DNA of 64,000 nt from Salisapilia sapeloensis CBS 127946. Taxonomy: Eukaryota > Protista > Oomycota. A program made the translations under genes and the position numbers. Positions within the stretch are counted from its first letter, which is position 1; each line of letters starts with the position of its first letter. Under the pieces are notes generated by a model. The model was not told the DNA's origin, did not search any database, and saw nothing but the letters and a program-made list of their open reading frames with translations. Positions 31,406-42,853 of the stretch are shown here, piece by piece. The stretch covers positions 1,511 to 65,510 of the forward strand of contig JAADVB010000090.1 in NCBI GenBank assembly GCA_023334545.1, read 5' to 3'.

Positions 31406-33379
31406 ATGTCGGACGGTCGATCGACGAGTAAGAAGCACAAGTCTTCCAAGCACAAGACTCGTGTATCTACAGACGAGTCGACAGCTGATGCATGGGAGAA
31501 ATTCAAGTCACCAGAAGGAAAGACGTATTATTATAATCAAATTACACAAGAGAGTCGGTGGAAATTACCAAAGGAATTGCGAAAGAAGAACAAGTCGAGT
31601 ACAGCTCCTTCGACAAATACATCGGACGACAAAGATGATTCTAAACAGCAGGAAGATAAGATACAGGCGACAGGAGCTTCGAGTAAGACGGATGCGTTTA
31701 AAAAGCTACAGGCGAGTCTAGCAGGACGTGTGCAGTTTGGACAGCCGATGCAGCCTTCGAGTACCAAGCCGAGTGTCGAGAGGTCTAGTTCGATGCAGAT
31801 GGAGGTGGAGAATGGACATGATGAGGAAGAGGAAGCTAATAAGTATGAGGAGGAGACGAAAGGGATGAGTGCAGCTGAACGCCTTCGTTTTCTACGTAAG
31901 AAGCGACAGGAAGAGTTGAATGGGAAGAAGAAAGAGGAGGAGGATGACTTTATGGCTGAATTTCGTCGCAATCGGGAGAAAAAGGAGGCTGAAAAGATGA
32001 AAAGTATGAGTGAAGAAGAGAGGAAGAAGATGGAGAGGCAGAAGGAGATACAGGAGCGAGAACGGAAGGAAGCAGAGGAATGGAAGAGAAAGCAGGAGAT
32101 GGAAAAGCAAAGGGAGGAAGAGGAACGGAAGGAGAAAGAGAAGAAACGAATGAAAAAGCAGGAGGAAGAGAATCGGAAGAAGGAGTTGGAAGAGGAAAGA
32201 AAACGAAAGGAGGAAGAGGGTAAGAGAAAAGAAGAGGAAGAAAGGAAGAAGGAGGAAGCAAAGGAACTGGAGAGACAGCGGGAAGAGGAGGAAAAAAAGA
32301 GGAAGGAAGAGGAAGCAAAAGAAGAGGAGAAACAGCGACAAGAAGAGGAACAACGGAGAGAGTTGGAGGTAAAGGAGGCGAGTGAGAAAGAAAAGGATGA
32401 CAATTTCCAAGAGAACAAGGAAGTGGACGAGACTACCGACGATACAGAAAAGGTTGACAAAGAGGAAGGAGTGGAGGAAGAGAAGGAAGAATCGTCTAGT
32501 GATGAGGACGAGTTGCATGTTGAACCGAATCATCTAGTGGAACCAGCTACTGTAGATGAACCCATCGAGTCTCATGCCTCTGTCCATAAAGATAAAAGTC
32601 AGGAGGATGAAACGTATGCAAGTACTGATCAGCTAGAAGTGGAGCATCTATCCTCCAAGAGTGAGGTACGATCGAAACCAGACGACACGGTTTCCACCAG
32701 GTCTGGAAAAGATGTCAATAGCATGTTCCTCTTTGACTCTGAGTCAGACGATAGTGACGACGACTTCCTCGCTTCCTTCCGAAAGAGTCGATCGGAGAAA
32801 CCCAAAGCTCCAAGCGTCACGTCCGACGCATCTGACAGATCACGTCGCCATAAGAAACAGTCACAGAAGAAGCACCGACGCCATCGACGTCGATCTTCCT
32901 CTAGTTCATCCAGTAGCAGTAGTAGACATGCATATCCTCCCATGTATCCTCCCATGTCGCCGTACCCTCCGATGCCGGTCATGTACCCACCACCATATAT
33001 GCCCATGTACCCTCCTCCATACATGCCGGTGCCACCCATGCCATCCACGCAGATGACAGCGTACGTCCCACCTGTCGCGAATGTCAAGCTGACGGCGTGT
33101 GAGAACTGCGGCGGACGAGGCGTGGGCGTAGCACAGGCGAATGGCTGGTGTGGACATTGCAATCGGTTGCATCGGGAGTTTATTGTTGCGTCGACGCAGC
33201 TGCATCGTCGGTGTGCGTCGTGTGGAGGACGAGGGATTGGACTGTTGCAGCCGAATGGCAAGTGCCGACACTGTACGCGGCTGAATAAGACGTCGCTGAG
33301 TCGGGAACTTGTGGTTTTGCCAGATAAATTCAGTACGGATGATGAATGGGATCAATCGTCTTCGGAAGAGTGGGATTAG
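31406..33379 (+). CDS. WW domain + Lys/Glu-rich coiled coil + Pro/Met/Tyr-rich region + duplicated Cys4 motif protein
   Basis: WW: AWEKFKSPEGKTYYYNQITQESRWKLP. Long EK-rich helix about 31900-32400, PPMYPPM repeats, C-term CENCGGRGVG..NGWCGHC / CASCGGRGIG..NGKCRHC. Start at 31406 (MSDGRS) or 31349. Confidence 0.85.
   Translation: MSDGRSTSKKHKSSKHKTRVSTDESTADAWEKFKSPEGKTYYYNQITQESRWKLPKELRKKNKSSTAPSTNTSDDKDDSKQQEDKIQATGASSKTDAFKKLQASLAGRVQFGQPMQPSSTKPSVERSSSMQMEVENGHDEEEEANKYEEETKGMSAAERLRFLRKKRQEELNGKKKEEEDDFMAEFRRNREKKEAEKMKSMSEEERKKMERQKEIQERERKEAEEWKRKQEMEKQREEEERKEKEKKRMKKQEEENRKKELEEERKRKEEEGKRKEEEERKKEEAKELERQREEEEKKRKEEEAKEEEKQRQEEEQRRELEVKEASEKEKDDNFQENKEVDETTDDTEKVDKEEGVEEEKEESSSDEDELHVEPNHLVEPATVDEPIESHASVHKDKSQEDETYASTDQLEVEHLSSKSEVRSKPDDTVSTRSGKDVNSMFLFDSESDDSDDDFLASFRKSRSEKPKAPSVTSDASDRSRRHKKQSQKKHRRHRRRSSSSSSSSSSRHAYPPMYPPMSPYPPMPVMYPPPYMPMYPPPYMPVPPMPSTQMTAYVPPVANVKLTACENCGGRGVGVAQANGWCGHCNRLHREFIVASTQLHRRCASCGGRGIGLLQPNGKCRHCTRLNKTSLSRELVVLPDKFSTDDEWDQSSSEEWD
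31900..32500 (+). repeat. Low-complexity purine-rich (GAA/GAG/AAG) tract encoding a Glu/Lys/Arg charged helix
   Basis: Nearly C/T-free + strand; protein KRKQEMEKQREEEERKEKEKKR...EEERKKEEAKELERQREEEEKKRKEEEAKEEEK. Confidence 0.85.
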
Positions 33380-34430
33380 AGTGCATGCAATCAATGATTT
33401 TTGTCTACTCGTAGTTGTTGGATAGAGGTTAAAGATATCTCGTACGTCGGACTGATATGGTTGTGGAGAAGGCGTGTGTTGGATGCATTGGTAGCGTATA
33501 TAGATGCATTTAACGGTTCCAATCGATATTTCTATCGTTGATGATTCTACCGAAGGGTTGGACTAGAAGGTGACATGTATCATGCGTGCGATTGAGTAAC
33601 CTTTAGGACCAGGAAAAGTAATTTAAATCATCGAATGTCTGGTCCACGGTAGGCACGATGCATGGAAAGTAAGGACATTGTACTGTTAGATTCGCTACAA
33701 AGGAGCCAGAAAAGCACGAAAAGCTAATCGCGATCAGCGATGCATACATCTCCTTTCGAAAAGATGATCGCTGTAAACATGTATTTCTTGCGTCAACATC
33801 TTACATTCGTTACGTTCGATCAAGATACGGACAAGGAAGTACAGAGGTGGCAGTATTCGAGCAAGAGAAGAAGAAGAAACTTGGATAGTATTCAAATGGA
33901 GATAGAAATAAATGTTGATTTTAAAGAACTGACATGGATATACCAGCTTCATTGTATACAAATGAAGATTGAGTTACAATTATCGTACTAGCTGCTGAGA
34001 ACATACCACTTCTATTCTGATGTTTTCCAAAGGAAATGTACAGCTCAATCGATGACATGGCAAGCTGGAGTGCATTTGGAGTGTTACTACAAAAGTACGG
34101 TGCTGCCATCAGCGTGCAGAAAGTCACGGTTGTTTGCACAGCCTTCTAGAAAGTAAGTAGCTGCTATACTAGACTAGATCGCATCAAATGATCAACCTAC
34201 GAAACGTTCTGGGCAGCCAAGTCACATGTGGTCATCTGGTCCACGACGGACGAGTACTTGAGGTACATTTGGATGGCATTTCTTCCAATCAAAACGACCT
34301 ATTCATATACCAGAATTGCTTGACCTCCATCATGTAGCATCTGACTCGATCATCACTTTGCCATAAGTAATTGACAATATTACGACGTGGAAATTCCTCC
34401 CCACCTTACTTTTCCTCCTCAAGCGTGAAG

Positions 34431-37272
34431 ATGACAGTGTGGAAGACGGCACTTGTGTTCGTCGTGTCCGTGCTTGGGGTGTCAGGGCAAAGGAACAGTA
34501 AGGAGTGCTCAGCACCAAGTACACTCACCACTGGTCCCGATGTGAACACGGCAATTGCTTATGACGCAGCCTGCAATGCACGCAACTTCCGAGTGACTAT
34601 TATTAAGGCTGAACGCATTCTGAACTTGTCCAGTCTCCAAATTGCCAATGTCAAGAGTTATCCGTCCGTCTACTCGCTCATACTCAGCAATAATAACCTC
34701 CAGACGTTTCATCCGGAGGAAGAGGACACGACGACCAAGCGATTGTACAGTTTATCTATTCAATTATGTCGTAGCCATGCATGACTAACTTGTTGCATAG
34801 AGTGGCTGATCAGAATGCTATCTCGGACTTGACATCGCTCCTGTTGCCAGCCAAGCTCGACTACTTGTACGTGCATTTTTATCTCTCATGTCCGAAGAAT
34901 GGCTCATGATATGGGCACGTAGGAACTTGGCGGAGAATCACATCGATACGATTCCATCTGATGCAGCTTGGCCGTCAGCGAATTACTTGCAGACACTCGT
35001 TTTAGACTCGAATAGTGTCGCTGATCTCAGTAGCGATGCGTTCCAGCCGCTCGAAAGACTCGAGCTCTTGTCCTTGGCGAACATCGGCATCTCTAACATG
35101 GAGTCCGTCTCCTTCCCTTCTTCCCTTCAGACGCTGAACGTCAGTTCCAATCGTCTTTCCGGCATGACGAACTACACGAACCTTCCTTCCGGTCTCCAGA
35201 CACTCGATTTAAGTGGAAACTGTTTATCCACGCTCCCGACTTCCCTCGGTTCTTTACAACAACTTCATACGTTAAATTTGCACGGCAATTGCATTATGTC
35301 GTTAACAGACCGTCGCTTTCCGTCCTTCCTTCGCTCACTTGACTTGGAAGGGAATCCTTTGACCAAGCTCGAGATCGCTCAAAGTGACGTCTCGATGTTC
35401 AAGAGCTTACAGACGTTTAAAATGCCTTCGAACTTTACACAAACGTGTGATTCAGAGCATGCTGAACGAACGACAGTGCAAGGCATCGAGTTATGTGTCA
35501 TTCCAGACAAGTTCTGGGGCAAAACGAGTGAAGAATCGAGTGATGGGAGTGATACTAGTCAGTCGGCTAGTGGTCAAGTAGACGATGTCGTGACGGAAGC
35601 AAGTACATGGTCTAGTACGACGCTCGCGATCATCGGCATCGCGTGCGTAGCTATCGCTCTTGTGCTTTTAATTGTTGCGTTCCTCGTCTTCCGTCGTCGT
35701 CGTCATGCAAAACCTCGTGAAACGAAAGGCAGTCAAGAGTGTCTCTCGATTGAGCATGACACGACGCCGTATGAACCAGAGTACTTACGTGATCCGAACA
35801 GTTCGATTACGACGGGAGGCAATTGGGTCTTTGAGACTCCCAAGGGCGACCATAACAAGATGAGCAATGGTTCCCATGGCGTTGCAATCTTGGAAGATGA
35901 GGATACGAAACGGAAACGGAGTGAACTAGATGATCTACTCGACTACGAAATCCCGATGGACGAGGTGCTTATCCAAGAAGAGCTCGGGACGAACTACTCT
36001 CGTAAGTCTCCTCAGACGTTACGAGGGATGAATGCAAGCACTGCTGCAGCGTCACCTACGGAGAAAACGCCGTTGCCAGTGATGAAGTACTTGGCCGAAT
36101 TCCAAGGCGCTCAAGTCGTCGTTTGTGCCTTGTCTCGAAGTGAAGCGAGGAAGAAAAAGCTTGAGAAGGAGTTTCTTGATCAAGTGCGCTTGGCTGCATC
36201 TCTCGAGCATTCGAGGCTCGTGCAATTCCTAGGTGTCACCGTCGGCAATAATAGCGACCAACAAGCGATGACCTTGGAGTGGCAGTTGGCCGCCATCTTT
36301 GAGCACATGAGTGGCGGGACGTTGTCAGCGTTATTCGCGACGCATCGTAGTCGGAGTCGAAGTCGACGCAATAGCAGTCGATCGCAGCTGGCGCCTGTCA
36401 ATAGGACGTCGCAGCCATCGGTGGACCGTCGGTCGTCCACGACGTATGCAGTAGACTCATTCACGTGGTATCCTCCTGTCTTCCGAGGTAGCATGACGAC
36501 GACGAATTGGAGGTGCAAGCTGTCCATCGCACTGGATGTCGCCATGGCTCTCGTCTATCTTCATAACTCGAATTTGATTCATGGTAACCTGTGTGCCGGG
36601 AATGTCATGCTGGATGAGTCTGGTATGGCGAAGCTTGCTGCTTTGGACGTCCTTCGACCGAGTAAGGACGGGAAGAACTCGAGGCTGAGTGAACTGCATT
36701 CTCTTCGAGCGACGGCCAAGGCCAAGATGAAGCAAATGGTCCGCTTCACTTCGTCTTCGCTCTCGACGTCTCAGATGCCTGGTACCAACTATGACACGGG
36801 AGAGCACTCGATTAGTATGGAGGAACAGTCCCAGTCGCATGCGTCGGAACGTGGTGGAGCGTTGTATCAGGAGCAAAAGGAAGACATTTATGCTTTCGGT
36901 GTCCTGTTGTGGGAACTCGATACGATGGTGAGCATCGATTCGATGAAAGATCTTGTCCGTGCGGCTGCGAATGCCGGGGAAGAGCACCACATGCTCAAGT
37001 TCATGAGTGACTGCCCGCCGGAAGTTTTGCTGTTAGCACGTCGGTGTTGGGAGCCGAACCCAGAGGAACGGCCGGACGCGTTAGATCTACAGGAAGAGCT
37101 GTTGCAGCTACTGGAGGGACACTTGTCCACTGAGTCTGTCGGCAATAGGTTTGACCAGAGTGCAGTGTCGAACAGTACGACGACCTCATCCGCACAAAGC
37201 TCCGAGCCGCGAGCATCGGACGTCTCCTTTGCGTCTGATATCATCGGCTCGGAGCATGAGACGGAGATTTAA
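34431..37272 (+). CDS. LRR receptor-like kinase with degenerate (pseudo)kinase domain (3 exons)
   Basis: Signal peptide MTVWKTALVFVVSVLGVSG; LRRs (LILSNNNL, LNLAENHI, LVLDSNSV, LSLANIGI, LNVSSNRL, LDLSGNCL, LNLHGNCI, LDLEGNPL) restored over two introns; TM LAIIGIACVAIALVLLIVAFLVF followed by RRRRH; TKL-like kinase lobe HSRLVQFLGV, LAAIFEHMSGGTL, ALDVAMALVYLH, DIYAFGVLLWEL, CPPEVLLLARRCWEPNPEERP. Confidence 0.9.
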
Positions 37273-39059
37273 TTAAAATGTGATCTCGTTATGGACTGTG
37301 TCTACTGCTTGTATTCTTTCTTGTGAAGTGAAAGGCACGTTGAGTCCGTATGCTTGGAAGTGGGTGCCATTGCAGACCAGATAGCTTCGCTGTGTACGGA
37401 TGTTGATTCCTACCCACACCGATATCGTATGTAGAGATAAAAGCGTTAGAAGGATATGCTCTAGTTGGAAACGTACTTGGCGTAGTATGGCTTCTAGAGA
37501 TCGAAATGCCTGTATAGAGTGCATGGATATGTATTAGCGTCGATTAATTTTACATCAATCGGGTTGCATTTGTAGCTATTCGCATGGGTTTCAATATCTA
37601 GGCAAATGTAGTGTTTCGATTAAAATTTGCATCCTTCTCTGCACGCAGTCGTGTGTCCTTGCTATAGTTCAGAAATACTTTGTCATCGTAAGCATGAACG
37701 ATATGGAGACTGCATACTTGTGCAGCTAGTGCACCTAATTGTTACTATTCTCGCAGGTCGATCCGAAGGATATCAAGTAGGAGTGTAAGAGTCTCCTAGC
37801 GCATTGTAACCCGATACCAGAATCGATGATTAAGACAGAGGTTACTGCTATTCATAATAGATGTTGGAGTCGATCCTACTGTTTCACGCATCTTGCTGTC
37901 AATGAAAGTAGCTATACTACGACTTTCTTTGGCACTTGGCATGAGATCAAATAAATCTAGTCAACTTGTTACCATGACAATAGTTTAGGAGGCAGATGTA
38001 CAGTTGTCTACAAGTATCCATGCTGAAGGTAGAACCTACGCGTGTGAAAGTGTGGTAATAGATATAAAATGTCAGACATAGCATGTGCATTGATTCCAAC
38101 CTAAAGACTTGACACGTACTCGATAAAGCTGCTAATTTTCGCTCAGCTGTGATGTGTATTACTTTCGTCTGTTAATAAAGAAGCGTTTGATGTGCTCACC
38201 TATCTTATACTTGCAAGCCGATTTTAATTGAGTCGAGATGCTGAAGACTTAAAGACCGCCACTACTTGTTTGAGACCGATAACCTTCCAACCTTTCGACT
38301 TGAATGATTTAGTAACTTGGATAGTATATCGCCTGTCGACTATAGTGAAGCGGATTGGAAAGTCTGCTGCTCATCTGCTTGCATCCCAACGGATCTATGG
38401 GTGTAATAACCTGGCGATCGTACTGCATATAAATGCCGATGCTCGTGGCACGCAAGAGTGGAAAAGTTGGCGTGCGTTCAGCACAATCGCCATCTAAACC
38501 GTACTCCATGTCCGTATAGCGAAGACTAAGAACTCCTTCCAGCTCTTTTTTGATGGTATGCCTCGAACAGAGCAAGTCGCAAAACGGGCGCAAGTCCTGT
38601 AGATATGGAAACTTGGAAGAGCAGATATGTACAGCACCAACTCGAGAGAAGATCCGCCGTTGACAGTGGAAAAGACATAATTAGAAACTTCTACATTTCA
38701 TCTGCCTCTTCATTCCTCAAACGTTTCGAGCCATGGCAGAATCCTCGACAAGCATGTGTGTTAGGCGTAGTCGAGTTCAAACCCTTCATTCCATTCCTCT
38801 TTCCACTGGTCGAATTGCTAACTAGACGTTCGTCTCTCATGTGATGGGTGAGTCCTGACGTAGCTCAGCTGACAAAAAGACTTGTTCATCCAAGTTTCTA
38901 TAAGCATGACGTCGTCCTCCCAGGTGCCAGTTATAACATAAGCTAGTACCGTTGTCAAGTCGAAACGCCTGGTACGATCACCCGATCCCGCTATTGACAG
39001 CTCTGCACCGTCGATCGTACATTGGGAGCACGCATTGATAACCTCGCTACCAATTGGAA

Positions 39060-42038
39060 ATGCATCGGCCAGCGCCAATAGGTCCTCCTCCAGTCGCAAG
39101 AGTAGCGTCGAATTCATCAGCCCCTCGACCCAACCGTCGTAACTCGGCCGCTCGACCGGTGTACACGGTGCTTTTGAATTTACACGTTCAGCTAAAGCAG
39201 GCGTATATAGCCAAGGACGTCAGTCCATCGGACTCCAAGTTATTTGTCCTCTTCCGGCGCAATAGCAAGGAAGTCGCTTCACAAGCAGTGCCCTGGACGG
39301 CTGGTCAGGAAGCTACGTGGGACCAGGAGCTGAATATACAGACGTCTTTGCTACGCAATCGTCGACCGCGATCGAATAGTCTAACGACCCAAGGCGAGTC
39401 GCAAAACTTTTTGAAAAAGGACTATGAGATTCTCGTCGTAGCACTCCCAAGTGAAACGGCCGTCGCGCTCTTCTCAATCGACTTTGCAGAGCTCGTGAAC
39501 CAAGCACCTGCTCCATTGGGTAACTCGAACGGCGGCCACAAGAGCTTTCAGATAACGCCAGACAAGTGTCGGGATAGGGATGCTATGCTCGAGTTTGACA
39601 TTGAATGGACATATACGTCGTCGACTGGTAACGGCCAAGCTGAAAATAGTTCGACCGGTCGTTCCTTTAGTAATGCTCCACCTGCGGCTCAGATTTCTGC
39701 TCAAACGCCGTCTTCCCTCGCGCAAAAGAGGTCCGATAACAACAGCTCCATGGTGAGCTCTCGGCGAGGCGCGCCGAGCGTTGCTTCTAGCAGCACGAGA
39801 GGGAGTGAGCATACGGCAGTGGACATGTGCAACCATTGCAAGACGTCCAAGCGGCGATTGGAGCGGCGAGATACACAGATTCTACAGCTCGAGACTTTTT
39901 TGAAGGAATCACAGAAGCGTATTGACGGCATCTTAGTAGAGAACGAAGAGCTGGCGCAGCGAGAACGATGCGAGACGGAGTTGGCAGCGAAACACCGGAC
40001 ACTTACGCTTCGAGCTCTACAGGAGCTGGAAGTTGCTGCTCAGTTCTTGCTATCTCGAGACGACGAGGAAGAAGCCATGCAACCATATATAGGACTCGTC
40101 CAACGTTTAAAACCGCTGTATGAGGAGATCGGATACGATAATACGAGAGAAGACGAGGCGCTTGAGTCGATTAACTTTGATCAAGAGCGCGACGAAGCGT
40201 TGGAAAGGAATCGAGTGCTTCGAGAACGTCTGGAACTCTTGATCTATTCGTTCGGGAAGACACCGAAAGAGAGTCGAGAGTCTGGAATGGAGGACGGAGA
40301 GGATTATGACAATGAACCGTCTGCACCAATTGTCGATTTCACCATGCAGATGAATGCACTCGAGCGCGAGAACTTTAGTCTCAAGAGTAAGCTCGACAGT
40401 GCTCAGATTACGCTCAAGCACTATCAGACCGGCAGTGGTCCGACAAACTTTTCGACGAAAGCCGCGTCGGAAGTGTCGGAGACTTTAAGCTCTAGTAGTC
40501 AAGGTCAGCAGTCGAATATGGGTGAAGTAGAACAGCTCAAGAGTGAAAAAGAGTCTTTGCAGAAACAACTGCAGAAAGCGAATGAAGAGTTGTCGGAAAT
40601 CAAGAGCAAGGGGGAGAGTAATGCCGTTGCGCCTGGGTTTTTGAATAAAATTTACATGGACGTTGGGAAAGCCAAGAGTGCTTTGGAAGATAAAGTGAAG
40701 GAGTTGACGAGACAGCTTCAATTGGCGAATGAAGAAAACGCCAAGCTCCAGTCGAGGCTGCAGCATGAAAAGGATGACGTCTCGGATGGAGAAGACTTGC
40801 AGGCGAGGCTACAGGAAGCAGAGTCTTTGGCAGAGGAACGGAGGAAGCAGTTGGAGGAGAAGGAGAAGGAAGTGGATGCCATGATGGATGAATTGTCGAA
40901 TAAGCAGCAGGATCTAGCTGTCTTAGGGATGGAGAAGAGAGAGCTGCAGCTCGAAATGGATTCGGTTTTGCGGACGCAGTTGAAAGCACAGGATCAAGCG
41001 AGTGAGATGGAGGATAAGCTAGAGAAACTGCAGAAACAAGTGAAGGAAACACCACAGGAGAAGGAAGCTCCGGCAAATCTGTCGATTTCGTCGACGCCGT
41101 CGCAAACGAATTCGAATCGGAACGGTTCGAGAGATGAAGAGCTGGAGGATATGAAGAAACAGTTGAAACTAGCTAAGCAGGAAGTGATGCAGCTACGTTA
41201 TCGTAGTAACCAGTTGGAGAGTGTGCATGAGCGATTGGAAACTGCGTTAAAGGAGAAGCGATCGTTGGAAGCGAAACTGACGGCATTAGAAGGACAGCTC
41301 TATGAGCAACGTAGTCGTACGATCAGTGAGCAGAGCTTTATTCCCGATGCGCATCGAGATACTGCTGGTCTAGCAGAGCTACGACGACAATTGGATGAAA
41401 AGAAGATGCAGTTGGAAGCAGCGGAGAAGGAGGTGGAGAGACTACAGTCTTCTAGTGGCTCCGACGATGAGTTTAACGATCTTGTGGCAAAGGTACGGAG
41501 GTTTGAAGAGGAGATTATGACGCTTACGAGTCGGAATGAGCATCAGGCAGAGAGATTGGAAGCGTTGAGTGAAGAAGTGAATGTTGTAAAGCAAGATCGA
41601 GGCGAGTTGGAGAAGATTGTGCAGCAGATGCAGCAAGAGATTGATCGTTTGTCAGTGGATGGACCAATGGATTACCATTCGTCGGAAGATGGGTATGCAC
41701 AGGAAGAACCACCGTCGTTCATATCGTCAGTCGCTGCACCGTCGCCGCCCATGACTGGTGACGATGAGGAGAAACCGCCGCCGCCTCCATTTTCGATCGA
41801 TACGTCGTTCACGCTACCCAATGCGGACGATTATGGCGACATGGACAGTCCAACTGCTGCTACGGTCGCATCTGTGGACAGTGGGCCAACTTCGCCTGCG
41901 CAGAATTCGAATAAGCTGGCGCAGTTCTTATCACATAACGGTCCGAATGGAAGTCAGGCGACGGAGACACCTGGGAATAGCCGGTCGCAAAGGTCCTCGC
42001 GAGTGTCGGACATGATCAGGAAGTATAGTAACCAGTAG
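39060..42038 (+). CDS. NT-type C2 domain (EEIG1/EHBP1-like) + long coiled-coil protein; intronless
   Basis: N-term beta-rich KLFVLFRRNSKEVASQAVPW...ATWDQELNIQTSL...KKDYEILVV...FSIDFAELV fits NT-C2; about 600 aa of heptad coiled coil and a Pro/acidic tail follow. Confidence 0.8.
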   Translation: MHRPAPIGPPPVARVASNSSAPRPNRRNSAARPVYTVLLNLHVQLKQAYIAKDVSPSDSKLFVLFRRNSKEVASQAVPWTAGQEATWDQELNIQTSLLRNRRPRSNSLTTQGESQNFLKKDYEILVVALPSETAVALFSIDFAELVNQAPAPLGNSNGGHKSFQITPDKCRDRDAMLEFDIEWTYTSSTGNGQAENSSTGRSFSNAPPAAQISAQTPSSLAQKRSDNNSSMVSSRRGAPSVASSSTRGSEHTAVDMCNHCKTSKRRLERRDTQILQLETFLKESQKRIDGILVENEELAQRERCETELAAKHRTLTLRALQELEVAAQFLLSRDDEEEAMQPYIGLVQRLKPLYEEIGYDNTREDEALESINFDQERDEALERNRVLRERLELLIYSFGKTPKESRESGMEDGEDYDNEPSAPIVDFTMQMNALERENFSLKSKLDSAQITLKHYQTGSGPTNFSTKAASEVSETLSSSSQGQQSNMGEVEQLKSEKESLQKQLQKANEELSEIKSKGESNAVAPGFLNKIYMDVGKAKSALEDKVKELTRQLQLANEENAKLQSRLQHEKDDVSDGEDLQARLQEAESLAEERRKQLEEKEKEVDAMMDELSNKQQDLAVLGMEKRELQLEMDSVLRTQLKAQDQASEMEDKLEKLQKQVKETPQEKEAPANLSISSTPSQTNSNRNGSRDEELEDMKKQLKLAKQEVMQLRYRSNQLESVHERLETALKEKRSLEAKLTALEGQLYEQRSRTISEQSFIPDAHRDTAGLAELRRQLDEKKMQLEAAEKEVERLQSSSGSDDEFNDLVAKVRRFEEEIMTLTSRNEHQAERLEALSEEVNVVKQDRGELEKIVQQMQQEIDRLSVDGPMDYHSSEDGYAQEEPPSFISSVAAPSPPMTGDDEEKPPPPPFSIDTSFTLPNADDYGDMDSPTAATVASVDSGPTSPAQNSNKLAQFLSHNGPNGSQATETPGNSRSQRSSRVSDMIRKYSNQ

Positions 42039-42853
42039 GAAACTTGAGAGAAGCAGTAGGATGTGTTTGGCAACCTCGCGGGGATTTTGATCGCGAGAAG
42101 GGAATGTATTGACGTGGAGTTCCTTACGCTAGTGCTTGTACTTGTTGTTCGTAAGTGTATGCGGTATTGGAAACCTTGGAAGGTTTCTCAATATAAAAGG
42201 GTGAAGAATGCACGTAGATGGAACCGTAGTAATACAAGATTATGTCAAAGAGAGAGAAGTTGGAAATTTGCTTAACAGCTCTATGGGATTTGATGTCAAC
42301 GTTTTTGCATTACTTTCGCGTTGACACAAGAGCCGACCATCAAGTATCTGTAAACGTTTCGAAGGTACGATAGAGACCTTGGATACGACACTAAAGTATA
42401 ATATGGAGATACTTGATGCAATATTGGCGTGTCGACCAAGTTTTGTCCTACCCAGTTGAGATCAGGCAGCAACGAAGTCAATATAGAATGATCTCAAGCG
42501 TGAATCCTGGTCAGCGACTGCATGCGATGACTAACGAAAGTCTGATCCGTGTCACCCTCTAATGGGCGCAACCCTTATTACCCACATGCCTACCACTTCT
42601 ATTTATGCCTATAGACTCTACTCGTCTTACGACTCGAATATTGGATCCATTGGTGGACGATAAGAGTTCAGTCTGACCGACATCTGACATCGGATCCCTT
42701 CTCTCGTCTTGCGTACGTATGCCAGAATTGCCAAGTCCCGCTTTTCCGCAGGTTACTTCCCATTGTCCAATTTTGGCTTCCAAGCAAGCATTTCAGACTC
42801 GATTATCTATTCTCTCTCTCTCTACATATTCATTTTGAAAGTACACTGTACGT

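Noticed and set aside
31537-32533. Minus-strand Phe/Ser/Leu-rich ORFs (307, 213, 122 aa) that look like membrane proteins
   Set aside because: Antisense of the GAA/GAG low-complexity tract in the WW protein; the hydrophobicity is a compositional artefact.
37300-39050. Short ORFs 38228-38844 and 38818-39117, considered as a TE remnant or small gene
   Set aside because: No recognisable motifs, conflicting frames, and 38818-39117 overlaps the start of the NT-C2 gene; treated as intergenic.
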